IMG/VR virus record: IMGVR_UViG_3300027265_000001
Coordinates: 1-48,853 of that record
Origin: a virus
Lineage: Duplodnaviria; Caudoviricetes
DNA: 48,853 bases
Strand: one strand, 5' to 3'
Part shown: positions 10,207-20,634 of the stretch, piece after piece
Numbering within the stretch: the stretch's first letter is position 1
How the letters are laid out: every line of letters begins with the position of its first letter
Notes under the pieces: model-generated
The model's database searches: none
Told to the model about the DNA's origin: nothing
Seen by the model: the letters and a program-made list of their open reading frames with translations, nothing else
Position numbers and translations under genes: made by a program

Positions 10207-11195
10207 TGACTAAAGGGATTGTAGTTGAATCTGGCGGCGTAGATACTTTTGATACAAAAATACCGATTATTCAAATTGTCAGGGAATATCAGGTCTCTTC
10301 AACGGTCTGGAGGACAAGCGGTCTCGTCACCTGCACACAGGGCAGTAAAAACGTTGTCGGTAATGCCTATACGTCATTTTTAACTGAGCTCAAGCCGGGC
10401 GACTATGTAATGCACTCCAATAGGACAACTGTTTATCAGGTAGAGTCAATCACTGATAACTCTCACCTCACGCTCACCTCTAATTATGTCGATACTACTC
10501 TGGCAGACTACAATCTATGGCTCGGATACTCTCCTACGGCATTTCTAGGGTTTGATGCTGTTCACGCCTCTACCAAGAAAACAATCCCTCACGGGATGAG
10601 GTTCATGCCGATACCACTAGGCGGTCTTAATACCACTGGTGGTGGCGTAGCGGTAGCGGTTGACAACGTGAACATCTACTGCCTATGCGGCGTCCATGCT
10701 TTCGATGGAGCTATAAACGATGCTGGTGTCCAGTCATTTCGTATAATCGATAGGGCTCTGAATGTGAATTATGAAAGCGGAACTGTGCCTGACTTTGTGC
10801 CGTTTACTCCTAGCCAGATGAGTAACGGAATCGAGATCAAGGCAGACGAAGATACCCTATTCACCACGCGCGAAAAGAAAATGTCTATTGCCCGCATCAT
10901 TGCGAATGTCACACCAACTCTCAAGACTGATGGGCTTGGAGTCCAGTATAATGAGTTCGTTTTTAACCACAATATTGGGTTCCCAGTAATCTACGATTTA
11001 TTCGCCAATATAACCTATGACTGGGGCGGAGACACCTTCTTCATCAATAAGTGGTCTGTATTCAGATTTGCTGGTGGTGAGGACATGGTCACCCCGAATC
11101 TATACTCAGATACTTCAAAGGTGGTTTTTAAGGACTATTCGTATCCAAACGGCCCATCACTATGCTCACTGGTAATCTATGGAGCGGTAAAATGA
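10206..11195 (+). CDS. Tail-associated structural protein
   Basis: 'LVTCTQGSKNVVG..TSFLTELKPGD..YQVESITDNSHLTL' fibre-type beta domain. Confidence 0.6.
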   Translation: MTKGIVVESGGVDTFDTKIPIIQIVREYQVSSTVWRTSGLVTCTQGSKNVVGNAYTSFLTELKPGDYVMHSNRTTVYQVESITDNSHLTLTSNYVDTTLADYNLWLGYSPTAFLGFDAVHASTKKTIPHGMRFMPIPLGGLNTTGGGVAVAVDNVNIYCLCGVHAFDGAINDAGVQSFRIIDRALNVNYESGTVPDFVPFTPSQMSNGIEIKADEDTLFTTREKKMSIARIIANVTPTLKTDGLGVQYNEFVFNHNIGFPVIYDLFANITYDWGGDTFFINKWSVFRFAGGEDMVTPNLYSDTSKVVFKDYSYPNGPSLCSLVIYGAVK

Positions 11196-11626
11196 GCCAA
11201 GGAATAATTGTAAAAAACAATAAACTTGAGAAGGTATTTAGTTCTCTGAACAAATCTCTGACTATCTACAATTCAGGGAAGATCGATGTTGCCTACCCGG
11301 GGCATGCGGCAGGGACCGCAGGGGCTATGAATATTCTGATACCACACAAATTTGGTAAAGAGACCCTATACTGGCTTTATGCACAAGATCCAAATGGTAA
11401 AATCGTCAGGCTTCCAGATATGGGAGGGATGTGGTTCTGGACTAATCTGGTAGTGAATAGTTATTCTACGAAGGACGGCATTCAGTTCAGCATCGGTAGT
11501 ATCGGATACCCTCCATCTTCTATCGGCGCAGCACCAGCGATTAACTTCAAGTTGTATTTCGTAATAACTTCCCTTCCTAAATACATCGATCAGGACACCA
11601 AGAAGGCGGTAAGTAAGACATATTAA
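11192..11626 (+). CDS. Tail-associated hypothetical protein (start MSQGIIV)
   Basis: GGAG RBS, ATGA overlap; N-terminus resembles that of the upstream gene (MTKGIVV). Confidence 0.65.
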   Translation: MSQGIIVKNNKLEKVFSSLNKSLTIYNSGKIDVAYPGHAAGTAGAMNILIPHKFGKETLYWLYAQDPNGKIVRLPDMGGMWFWTNLVVNSYSTKDGIQFSIGSIGYPPSSIGAAPAINFKLYFVITSLPKYIDQDTKKAVSKTY

Positions 11627-11642
11627 ATGGATTGTCACAGTC

Positions 11643-11664
11643 AAAAATGGTATAATATATATAG
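11643..11664 (+). promoter_or_regulatory. Recurrent extended -10 promoter for the ejection-protein operon
   Basis: AAAAATGGTATAATATATATAG in an intergenic gap. Confidence 0.75.
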
Positions 11665-11695
11665 GTAATCGTGTTCGGCAGAAACAGGATTAAGA

Positions 11696-12616
11696 ATGAT
11701 TCAGATGCCTGATGGCAGAATACAAGTTCAGTCAGGAGACACACTTTGGTCTATTGCTCAGAAATATCTAGGCAATGGTAACAGGTGGCAGGAATTAGGC
11801 GGTTTTGGTGGTGACCCTCGTAGGATGCCAATCGGAACTGTCATTTCGCTACCCGGTTATAGAGCTCCACAGGCCGCCGCAGCTACTCCGGCAGCTCCGG
11901 CCGGACCTACTCCTGAACAGATTGCTGCTCAACAAGAAGAAGCTAAATACAACAAGACTATCGGTGATTATGCTAATATCCAGAAGGATTGGAAATACCT
12001 CCTAGACCCTACAGATACTCAGGGTAAGGACCTTATTGCCCAATACCTAGATTTGCTAGCGAATAACCCTCAGCTTGACCCCTACTACGCTCAGAGGATA
12101 GCTGACGGCACTCAGGACCCAAATAACACTGACAACGTCCTACAGGCCATGCTTGCTGATCCAGAGATGACTAAACGTTTCGGGACTAAGTGGCTCGAGG
12201 CCCTAGCAACTACCGCTGAAGGCGCTAACAAAGACGACTATAATTTCTCATCTGCGGCTCATGCGCGTGACTTTATCGGTCAGGCTGGCGAGCTTGCTAA
12301 TACTACTATGAATGGTCTCAGTGACGTTTCGCAGACTTTTGCTGACAACAATATCAAGGGTGGGATGCGTAACGCTGCTATCGACAAGGTGGAGAGCACG
12401 GGCGCTGCTGCTGCTGATTCACAAAATACGGCTGAGGCTGACTGGAGACGAAACTATAAGGCCGGTAATTCAGCCGCTATTCAGGGCTATGCTAAAACGT
12501 ATCGTAATGATATGGCGAAAAATGACTGGGCTCAACTGTTCGGGAAGTCAGGTATTAACAATGCCGGCCTCAAAGATAAGTTTATGAACTATGCTTCGTC
12601 TAACTGGACGACTTAG
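11696..12616 (+). CDS. LysM-domain protein, probable internal virion/ejection protein
   Basis: N-terminal LysM 'VQSGDTLWSIAQKYLGNGNRWQEL'; Ala/Pro linker; helical Ala/Asn/Gln-rich body. Confidence 0.8.
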   Translation: MIQMPDGRIQVQSGDTLWSIAQKYLGNGNRWQELGGFGGDPRRMPIGTVISLPGYRAPQAAAATPAAPAGPTPEQIAAQQEEAKYNKTIGDYANIQKDWKYLLDPTDTQGKDLIAQYLDLLANNPQLDPYYAQRIADGTQDPNNTDNVLQAMLADPEMTKRFGTKWLEALATTAEGANKDDYNFSSAAHARDFIGQAGELANTTMNGLSDVSQTFADNNIKGGMRNAAIDKVESTGAAAADSQNTAEADWRRNYKAGNSAAIQGYAKTYRNDMAKNDWAQLFGKSGINNAGLKDKFMNYASSNWTT

Positions 12617-12624
12617 GAGGATAT

Positions 12625-13344
12625 ATGGCACTTTCTGACAATTATATGAATGACTATCGAGGAGCGATGGATAACGTGAATAACGTTATCGGTTCTTGGA
12701 ATGAGGGGCAAACCTCTGAAGGCCTAAATGGGGCCGTAAACTATCATAAAGGTATCACTGACGCTCAGGCCGAGAATATTATCAAGCAGCGCGCTGTTCT
12801 AAATATGTATATGGATCCGAATAATGGCTACACCCGCGGAATGACACTTGCTCAGAAGATGGGTCTTCGTAACGGTGACCTTGCCAAAGAGGGACAAGAT
12901 GCTACTAACCTTTCAGATATGTATAAGACCAGAGTAGAAGACATCGCCGCGATGGTAGCCAAACTCAAAGAGCAATGGCAAACCAAGGTTGATGCTGCTA
13001 AAACTGGTATGGAAGGAACGAAGGGGCTGTTCGATATGGCTTTCGGAAAAGAGACGCTTGATGCCAACAATGCGAATTCCGCTGCCAATCGTGCTGCTAC
13101 ACTTGATGCCGCTCGTATCGGAGCTGCTGCAACCACGTCATCGGGCCTCGATAAGAGCCTTTACACGAATATCGATGCGCTGGCTCAGAACCTCCTTGAT
13201 GGATATACAAAGAATGGCGGAAGTAAATGGAACCACAATGTTAGAGAGCAAATAGTCGCGGCTCTAGGTCAAGGCGATCCAGCCCTTACGGCTAAGATCA
13301 ATGCCTACCTACCTAACGGTTTCGAGAATAGGTATATAGCATAA
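12625..13344 (+). CDS. Probable DNA ejection protein
   Basis: AGGAGG RBS; helical Ala/Asn/Gly-rich; position in the operon. Confidence 0.55.
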   Translation: MALSDNYMNDYRGAMDNVNNVIGSWNEGQTSEGLNGAVNYHKGITDAQAENIIKQRAVLNMYMDPNNGYTRGMTLAQKMGLRNGDLAKEGQDATNLSDMYKTRVEDIAAMVAKLKEQWQTKVDAAKTGMEGTKGLFDMAFGKETLDANNANSAANRAATLDAARIGAAATTSSGLDKSLYTNIDALAQNLLDGYTKNGGSKWNHNVREQIVAALGQGDPALTAKINAYLPNGFENRYIA

Positions 13345-14114
13345 TGACAACTGATGAGATTCTAGCCCTACTCACAGGTTCGGTAAGCTCTACTGGTCCA
13401 ATCGCGAATGCGAATAACCAGCCTATGTTAGATATGCTTAATGCGAACAAGGCCCAATTACAGCCTATCGTTGACCAGATTTCAGCTAAAGATGCCAATA
13501 TCAATAATACTGAGAAGAATTTCATGGACTACGCAGGAAACCCATCTCCGGCCGGAATGTCTATTTCAGACCGTATGCTAGGCCGTGAGAGCGCTACAAT
13601 GCCAGATCGACTAGATGCCCTCAAACTAGGATTAAACCTCGGAGAGCGCACCCTGACACCGAATAAGGCCCTAGATTACTACAACTCAGACCTCGCAGGT
13701 CAACTCGCTAGAGCTAAAGTCAATGTTTCAGGGAATATGGGGCTCGGAGATATGCAAGCATCCAAGGACGATCTCAAATCTAAGATGGATAATGCCGCTG
13801 CTGATAGAGCTGCTGATTCTGAGGCTCGCTCAATTAAGTCGGGCGCCGCATCCAAAGATGCCGCTGAGAAGAACGCACAAGAAGTTGTTAATTTCGCACT
13901 CGCTTCAATGGGCAAGGGTGACATCGATCCTCAAACTGCCTTCGGAATCATTAAATCCAATATTCCAGATGCCAGCGATGACAAGATCAATATGATGCTT
14001 GGAATGCCAGCGGGATTCAAGGGTGGGGTTCAGGACTACTACAACGGCCTATCAACTAACACTGACGAACAAAAAGCTAAAAACGCGATAGATAAAATCT
14101 TTAACTGGAGATAA
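13344..14114 (+). CDS. Probable DNA ejection protein
   Basis: Coupled start; helical Ala/Asn/Met-rich. Confidence 0.55.
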   Translation: MTTDEILALLTGSVSSTGPIANANNQPMLDMLNANKAQLQPIVDQISAKDANINNTEKNFMDYAGNPSPAGMSISDRMLGRESATMPDRLDALKLGLNLGERTLTPNKALDYYNSDLAGQLARAKVNVSGNMGLGDMQASKDDLKSKMDNAAADRAADSEARSIKSGAASKDAAEKNAQEVVNFALASMGKGDIDPQTAFGIIKSNIPDASDDKINMMLGMPAGFKGGVQDYYNGLSTNTDEQKAKNAIDKIFNWR

Positions 14115-14115
14115 A

Positions 14116-17100
14116 ATGGGGAAACTACTCTCTTGGCTTACGACTGACCTCACTGATGAAGAGAAGAAGAAATTCAGTGAAGCCTATATTGACCCTACCA
14201 CTCCAGAAGTAGGTGCTTTTAGTGGTCCCGGAACTACTCTGATTAACTCGGCCGAAGCTCCACTGATGCCAAAATATGTCCCACGAGATATGAATGCTTC
14301 AGAGGGCGCTACTTATGTGAACCCAATGAGCAACGGAGCGGAGGCTATAGAGCGTTTCGGAGCTACCGCGGGTGTCTCTGCCCTTGATGTCCCAGTAAAG
14401 ATCGCTACAGGCGTAGGAAGAGGTATCAACTGGGCGGCCGAGAAGCTGCTAGGAAAAGACGTCATTGATACTGCCAATGGCGGCAATCAGTTTTACGATA
14501 ATATCGACCAAGGTTGGCAAGATCTTACTAAGGCTCAACGTGATGTTGGTTCGGGCGCTGACGAAACGGCTGCTTTCGATAAGAAATACCAACAAACCCT
14601 CGATGTCTGGAATGCTATCCCAGAGGACAAGAAGGCTGCTGCTCTAGCTGAGAATCCAGTTCTAGCAGAGAATCTACGTTTATATCAAGAAGAGGCTGCC
14701 ACTAAAGTCGTCAGAGACCAAGTCGGTCAGATCGCTACTACGGCCGGTGCCATTGCCGGAACCGCTGCTGCTACTATTCCTATTGGTGGCGCTGCTGGTA
14801 TGGCCGCTGCCGCTGCTACTCCGGGGATTATCGCTCCTGCTGTGACTGGGCTTCTCGCAAACGTTGCTGCTGATACCGCCGCAGGACAAGCTGCTTGGAG
14901 AGAATCTGATGTTATCGAAAAGGGCACGAAGATCACGGGTAACAAGATTGTGGATGACCTCCTAGCCGATATGAGCACTCGCAAGGGCACACTGCTAGCT
15001 GACTCTCTACTCGGTCTCTTCTCTGAAGGACTAGGCAGTTTGAGCAAGGTTGACGATGCCGCCAAGGGATATGTTGGGGCCATCGGCTCTATCAATAATG
15101 CTAAGATGTTGGCTAAACAAGCTACAAAGACCGATAACAACATGACCAAGGCTATCAAGGTTATGAAGAATCTCGGCTACTCAGATGAAGAAATCTCTAC
15201 TATATATAATAGTATCGAGGCTGCGCGCCCTAAAAATGCTGCTAAGGGAATGGGGGCCGCAGTTGAGAATATTGACCAGTTCGCTAAAGAAACTGGCCAA
15301 AGAAGCGACCTCTTCAATGAAGCTCTAGGTATTAGCCCAGATCAGATGAGTGATCTTGGCAACAAGGCCCTTCCTGCTCCTTCTCACGCTACACGCGCAG
15401 CAATCGCTACTGACAATATGAAAGTTCCAGAGTTCTCTAATCGAAACCTTCAGGCTCCAGAGCTACCACAAACCGGCAATAAAGAGCTTCTCGCTACTAC
15501 AATCGGAAAAAGCAAGGCTAAAAAGGCTGAGATGGACGCTTGGATGTGGAAGAATGGTGAGGCTACTAGTGAGCTAAACGGAATCAATAGTAAGGCTCTC
15601 GATATAACTGACAAGGCTTCCCGCGCGAAGTTTCTTAATAATGCCTACGATGAGGTTCGTGCTAAATATGTTGATAAATACGTTCAGGAGACTAGCGGTC
15701 CTGCCGCTGACCTTTCAAAGCAAACTCAGCTCAAAGCGCTTGAAGCTGGTGGTGTAGACACTACCGATCTGGATAAGGCTAGCAATGCCGCTGTTCAGGA
15801 CGTCTATGAGACTCAGCTGAAAACAGGACGCCTAAAGAATGTTGATATGACTCAGGTTCAACCTACTGCCGCTGAAGTCACTAAGGCTGCTAGTAAACAA
15901 GAAGCTGCTGGCGCTAGGCAGTATATCGACTCTCTATTTGAAGAGGAATTCAATAGTGGAAATATCACCAATCTAGATGACTTAGCTTCATTCATCGGAG
16001 ACGACACCGTAGCCAAGGCAATCAAGGCTTCGGCCGAACTCGATCCTGATGGTCATGACGCCTTCTTGAAGCAACTGAAACAAAATGCTCAGGGAATCGT
16101 TAAATTCAATAATGATGGTGCCAAGATTGCTCTCGATGCTTGGAAGGAATCTCCATTCTATACTTTGATAAAAGATAGCCGCATCAAGAAGGTCCTTAAG
16201 CAACTAGACAATAATGAGTCTCCTACAATCTTCGGCCGAACTGGTAATCAATCTGCCATCGATGAAATCGCTCAGCAGTTCTCTGATGATTACGGAATGG
16301 GTGATGGAAGCGTAAATGACTTCCTACAGGCCCTCGAGGACTGGAATGCTTCCAAACCTATCAAGGGTGCTACTCAAACACAAAAGGCAGCCGGAGCTTT
16401 GGTCAGAAATACAAATATGATGGGTGCCGTGGCTGGTGTTGAGACTGACGAGAATGGCAACCTGAAGATCGACCCTACCAAATCGATGCTAGGTATAGTC
16501 GGAGCTACCGCTGGACCAAAGGTCCTAGGGGCTATTAGCGATTCAAGGATTACTAAAGGGGTGGACGAGCTCATCGATGCGGCCGGCGCCAGAACTACAA
16601 AGACCGTTCAGGAGCTGATGTCAGTTGACCCTCGCCTGAAGGCTATGATCGGTGAAGTAAAGCCAGTGGCCGCACCAAAGGTCGCGAAACTCAGTAAAGC
16701 CGAGGAAGCTTTTGATGCCGCCGCTACTAGTGTAAACCCAGAGAAGGGCGTCTCTAAGCTTGGCGCTGACATCGCGAAGAGGTTTGAGGACTTCGAGGGT
16801 GATACCGCGCTATACGACATCAAGCACGTTACTTCTCAAGAAGCGATGACAGAGCACTTCGTTAACACGAACTTCGAGGGAGCTGTCAGGGCTATGGATA
16901 ATCTAGACGAAATTCCTGAGGGAATGAGTGAAACCATGCTGTATAAGGCTATAAAAGATAAAGCTATTGAACTTGATGATGGGGCTTTGCTTAATCGTTT
17001 GGCCAACTCCAAGCTGACATCTCAGTCTTCAAAGCACGCTCAGGAGCTACGTTTCATGCAGGAAATAGACCCTACTGACCCAGTAGCAGCTCTCAGCCGT

Positions 17101-18891
17101 GTAAAGCAATACAGAGCTAAATCTACCAGTAAATACCTCAAGAATGTTGATGTTACCGATGAAGAAGCAGATCAAGTTCTGAAACTATCTAAGGTGGCAA
17201 TCGAGAACCGTAAGGTCATCGACACTCTAGACCCTGCTCTTCTAGACGTTCCACTAAGCAAAATCGATGAAGCTACTGATGCCACCCTCCTAGACTACGG
17301 CCGAGCTCAGGTTGCTATGAATGATTATATTAAATTGCTCCAAGACCCTACCAAGGATATGGGCATTATTGATACTGCTAAAAATACTGACTGGATGGAT
17401 GTGGCAAAGCACCCAGTGAGAACACTATTTGATGCTTCCGGTATCTCAAAGGCGCTTAACTCTTCGATGGATGATTCGGGTATCTTCAGACCGGGTATCA
17501 AGATGCTTGCCACTAATCCTAAGGAATGGGCTAAGAATGCTGGTCAATCATTCATCGACATCTTCCATGAGTTTGGTGACAAGAATGCGATGGATGAGCT
17601 CGATGCGTGGATTGTCTCACGTCCTAAATATATGGATGGGACTTACAAGAAAGCTAAACTGGCCGTTAACGTCACTGAAGAAGCATTCCCATCATCTCTA
17701 CCAGAAAAACTACCTAGCTACCTAGGGAAAGCTTTCAAGGCATCAGAAGCCGCCTTTACCGGCCTACAAAAAAGAAATAGAATTTACGCCTTTGAAAAAT
17801 GGCTACAACTTGCCAAAGATGACGGGGTTGAACTAACTGAGCAGAGGATGCGTAATATCGGCTCACTGGCCAATTCTCTCACAGGACGTGGAAATCTAGG
17901 CAAAGCTGAAGGCATCGCTGATACTCTAAATAAGACTTTTTACTCATTCCGCAACCTGAAGGGTAACTGGGATACTATCACTGCTCACGCTTTCGACAAG
18001 GGGATGCGTGTTGATACCAAGGGCATTGAGTCTCAAGATATGTGGGCTCGCAAGCTCGCGGCTAAGAACCTGATTAAAACCGCCGGGACTATTGGTGGCG
18101 CCCTAATGGTTGCTGATATGATTGCACCAGATAGTGTGGAATGGGACCCTCGCAGTTCAGATTTTGGGACTATCAAGGTGGGTAATACCAGATTTGACAT
18201 CACTGGTGGTATGAAATCAATCGTCACTCTAGTAGCTCGCGGAATGATCTCTCCGGACTCTGAGGGTAACTGGGGCATCGGACGAACTAAAAGCTCCACC
18301 ACGGGCCTCGTATCGCCTCTGAATACAGGTGAATACGGTGCTAAGACGGTGAAGGATGTCGCGGTAGACTTCTTCGGTAATAAGCTCTCCCCTATCGCTG
18401 GACAGGCTCGTGATTGGATACTAACAGGAACTGACTTTGAAGGTAACAAGCCTACGATTGCGAATAGTGCTTTGAGCCTAGTCACTCCGTTCCCAGCTTC
18501 ATCAGCTCAAAAGACTCTGAAGGATCCAAATGCTGCTCCGTTCGTCCTGACAATGTTAGCAGACGCCCTTGGAATCGCATCATCTACTTACGGTGGGGTC
18601 AGTGACATCGAACCTAAGACTGTATATAACCTTCTCGATAAAAGCGACAAGATTGATACTCCTGGCGATGGTAAGACCGTAAATGACTCAAAGACTGTTA
18701 TCCAACAAATGAAAAAGCGTGGCGCTAGCGATGAGTTTATTCGTAGTATGCTTGAACAATACTACGCTGACACTGCCGCCAAGGAGAAGGCCGGAGATGC
18801 TTCAAAGGGACAAAAGCCAAACCCACATTATAAAGTAGATAAAAAAGCCAAAGCTGAGCGCACCAGAATGCTCAACGAATTGTTAAATTAA
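14116..18891 (+). CDS. Large internal virion/ejection protein (large polyvalent-type)
   Basis: 1591 aa, Ala-rich with hydrophobic Gly/Ala segments; C-terminal 'WDPRSSDFGTIKVGNTRFDITGG' and 'LSPIAG..TGTDFEGN' blocks; last gene before lysis. Confidence 0.7.
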   Translation: MGKLLSWLTTDLTDEEKKKFSEAYIDPTTPEVGAFSGPGTTLINSAEAPLMPKYVPRDMNASEGATYVNPMSNGAEAIERFGATAGVSALDVPVKIATGVGRGINWAAEKLLGKDVIDTANGGNQFYDNIDQGWQDLTKAQRDVGSGADETAAFDKKYQQTLDVWNAIPEDKKAAALAENPVLAENLRLYQEEAATKVVRDQVGQIATTAGAIAGTAAATIPIGGAAGMAAAAATPGIIAPAVTGLLANVAADTAAGQAAWRESDVIEKGTKITGNKIVDDLLADMSTRKGTLLADSLLGLFSEGLGSLSKVDDAAKGYVGAIGSINNAKMLAKQATKTDNNMTKAIKVMKNLGYSDEEISTIYNSIEAARPKNAAKGMGAAVENIDQFAKETGQRSDLFNEALGISPDQMSDLGNKALPAPSHATRAAIATDNMKVPEFSNRNLQAPELPQTGNKELLATTIGKSKAKKAEMDAWMWKNGEATSELNGINSKALDITDKASRAKFLNNAYDEVRAKYVDKYVQETSGPAADLSKQTQLKALEAGGVDTTDLDKASNAAVQDVYETQLKTGRLKNVDMTQVQPTAAEVTKAASKQEAAGARQYIDSLFEEEFNSGNITNLDDLASFIGDDTVAKAIKASAELDPDGHDAFLKQLKQNAQGIVKFNNDGAKIALDAWKESPFYTLIKDSRIKKVLKQLDNNESPTIFGRTGNQSAIDEIAQQFSDDYGMGDGSVNDFLQALEDWNASKPIKGATQTQKAAGALVRNTNMMGAVAGVETDENGNLKIDPTKSMLGIVGATAGPKVLGAISDSRITKGVDELIDAAGARTTKTVQELMSVDPRLKAMIGEVKPVAAPKVAKLSKAEEAFDAAATSVNPEKGVSKLGADIAKRFEDFEGDTALYDIKHVTSQEAMTEHFVNTNFEGAVRAMDNLDEIPEGMSETMLYKAIKDKAIELDDGALLNRLANSKLTSQSSKHAQELRFMQEIDPTDPVAALSRVKQYRAKSTSKYLKNVDVTDEEADQVLKLSKVAIENRKVIDTLDPALLDVPLSKIDEATDATLLDYGRAQVAMNDYIKLLQDPTKDMGIIDTAKNTDWMDVAKHPVRTLFDASGISKALNSSMDDSGIFRPGIKMLATNPKEWAKNAGQSFIDIFHEFGDKNAMDELDAWIVSRPKYMDGTYKKAKLAVNVTEEAFPSSLPEKLPSYLGKAFKASEAAFTGLQKRNRIYAFEKWLQLAKDDGVELTEQRMRNIGSLANSLTGRGNLGKAEGIADTLNKTFYSFRNLKGNWDTITAHAFDKGMRVDTKGIESQDMWARKLAAKNLIKTAGTIGGALMVADMIAPDSVEWDPRSSDFGTIKVGNTRFDITGGMKSIVTLVARGMISPDSEGNWGIGRTKSSTTGLVSPLNTGEYGAKTVKDVAVDFFGNKLSPIAGQARDWILTGTDFEGNKPTIANSALSLVTPFPASSAQKTLKDPNAAPFVLTMLADALGIASSTYGGVSDIEPKTVYNLLDKSDKIDTPGDGKTVNDSKTVIQQMKKRGASDEFIRSMLEQYYADTAAKEKAGDASKGQKPNPHYKVDKKAKAERTRMLNELLN

Positions 18892-18908
18892 CTGGCTATA
18901 CAATGCCG

Positions 18909-18930
18909 AAAAATGGTATAATATATATAG
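18909..18930 (+). promoter_or_regulatory. Recurrent extended -10 promoter for the lysis cassette
   Basis: AAAAATGGTATAATATATATAG. Confidence 0.75.
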
Positions 18931-18963
18931 CGTAAATAAACTTATTCATAGGAGTGGTAGAGA

Positions 18964-19380
18964 ATGAATTTTAGTGGAATATTTCCTGATCCGGTCAATG
19001 ACTTACTAATCATAATCGTGGGGTGTATAGCAGTATACTTCGCATGGCGTTCTGGCAAGAATAAACAGATCACCGAAGCTGTCTCCAACTACGAAAAGCT
19101 AACGGCGTCTCAGGACAAAGTCATCGCTCAGTTGAAGGACGAGATTGCCAGTATCCGAGTGGATTTTGAGAAGAGATTGGACAAATCCGAGAAAGAAAAC
19201 CACGATCTTCGCGCTCAGGTAAATCAACTGATTGGCGAGAACAAGGGTCTTACTAAACTCGTTACCCTTCAGGATCCATTCAGAGACAAAATTGACATTA
19301 TTCTAGGACATCAACAACAGATTTTTGATGCCGTTTGCAAGGGCGGAGAAAAAACTATTGCTGCCATAGAGGAAAAGTAG
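18964..19380 (+). CDS. Holin-like membrane protein (one TM helix plus coiled coil)
   Basis: N-terminal hydrophobic helix; directly upstream of the endolysin. Confidence 0.6.
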   Translation: MNFSGIFPDPVNDLLIIIVGCIAVYFAWRSGKNKQITEAVSNYEKLTASQDKVIAQLKDEIASIRVDFEKRLDKSEKENHDLRAQVNQLIGENKGLTKLVTLQDPFRDKIDIILGHQQQIFDAVCKGGEKTIAAIEEK

Positions 19381-19406
19381 TATAGTTTAACCAACAAGGA
19401 GGGATT

Positions 19407-20210
19407 ATGGCCCAAAGAGAACCAGAAGGCGTAATATTCTACCTCGAAAATGGTAGAGAAAAAGAAGCGAGACTCGTTGATGATCGCATGTCGATCTCGG
19501 GAGACTCTTTCTACTGGTATCAGGTTGATGAAAACCTAGCTAGATGGAAATACTTTACGGTCCACCACTCCGCTGGAAATAATAATGAAACTGCTGAACA
19601 GATAGCCCAAGGCCACCTTGCACAAGGTTGGAGCGGAATTGGCTATCATTTTGTTATCACCAGAGATGGCGTCATCCACTATGTTGGAGATCTTGGCACA
19701 TGGCGTGCTAACGTTGGCGGCATGAACGATGTCTGTATCGGTGTTCTGCTAGTCGGTGATTTCAGATTCGGCAACCTTCCAAGCGATGCTCAATACAAAG
19801 CTGTAAACGCTCTCTACAGAGAGTTCGTAGCAGACGGACGATTCCCGGGCATCAAGGGTCCTAGCGCCCTTAAATTCCATCGTGAGTTCAATGCTACAGC
19901 TTGTCCGGGTGATGTGAACAAGGATCACTGTATCAATGGTCTTCCAGTTGTATCACAGCCAAGCACACCGGTGATACAACCTCCAGTAGTTGTAACACCT
20001 CCGATAGTTGTTGAAACACCAAAGACACCTATCGAAGTCATCCTTCCTCCAAAAGAGGCCGAGGTATATGTTCCACCAAAAGATGTTACTGTCCAAGAAG
20101 GTAACAAGCCAGTTGTGCTTACTCCGGGTGAGACTCTGGACTTTGTCGCCTTTGTGATGATCCTAAAGAACCTGTATAAAGCAATATTAAGAATACTAGG
20201 GAGGGGATAA
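19407..20210 (+). CDS. Endolysin, N-acetylmuramoyl-L-alanine amidase (Amidase_2/PGRP-like)
   Basis: VHHSAG, GWSGIGYHFVI, HREFNATACPG zinc-amidase motifs; Pro/Val-rich tail ending in an amphipathic helix. Confidence 0.9.
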   Translation: MAQREPEGVIFYLENGREKEARLVDDRMSISGDSFYWYQVDENLARWKYFTVHHSAGNNNETAEQIAQGHLAQGWSGIGYHFVITRDGVIHYVGDLGTWRANVGGMNDVCIGVLLVGDFRFGNLPSDAQYKAVNALYREFVADGRFPGIKGPSALKFHREFNATACPGDVNKDHCINGLPVVSQPSTPVIQPPVVVTPPIVVETPKTPIEVILPPKEAEVYVPPKDVTVQEGNKPVVLTPGETLDFVAFVMILKNLYKAILRILGRG

Positions 20211-20211
20211 T

Positions 20212-20496
20212 ATGAATCCTACACAGATGCTCGCGGTGATAGTTGCCGCAGGACCAGTCATTTCGGTTATTACCGAAGTGCTTAAACGTTTACCAGAGGT
20301 TCCGGTTAACTCGGACAACGCTACGGTCGTTGTTTTAGGACTGGCGACCATAGTTGTTTTATTGCCAGCTTATGTTGGCGGGGGGTTGACATTAGAAAAT
20401 GCACCTGTCCTCGCTCTAAGCATTACAGCTACCTTTGGTGTAGGCCTTGGAGCCTACGGGTTAGTTAAGACTTTAGTAGCGAAATTTCGCCGCTAA
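20212..20496 (+). CDS. Holin (three predicted TM helices)
   Basis: Hydrophobic 94-aa protein with a basic C-terminus, after the endolysin. Confidence 0.7.
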   Translation: MNPTQMLAVIVAAGPVISVITEVLKRLPEVPVNSDNATVVVLGLATIVVLLPAYVGGGLTLENAPVLALSITATFGVGLGAYGLVKTLVAKFRR

Positions 20497-20634
20497 GACT
20501 GATCCTCGATATTCAGTCGTGAATTGAGGGGAAATTCATGACCGAAAGGTCAAGAAATCAAAGAGAGCTCACTGCGGCCATACAGTGAGCTCTCGGCCAT
20601 ATATAGGAAAAACTAAGAGGGGAAAACGTAAAAA

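Noticed and set aside
465-18485. Numerous antisense and alternate-frame ORFs overlapping structural genes
   Set aside because: Shadows of long coding frames, without RBS or recognisable motifs
20499-20560. Hammerhead ribozyme
   Set aside because: CTGAT and GAAA are present, but the CUGANGA core is not matched
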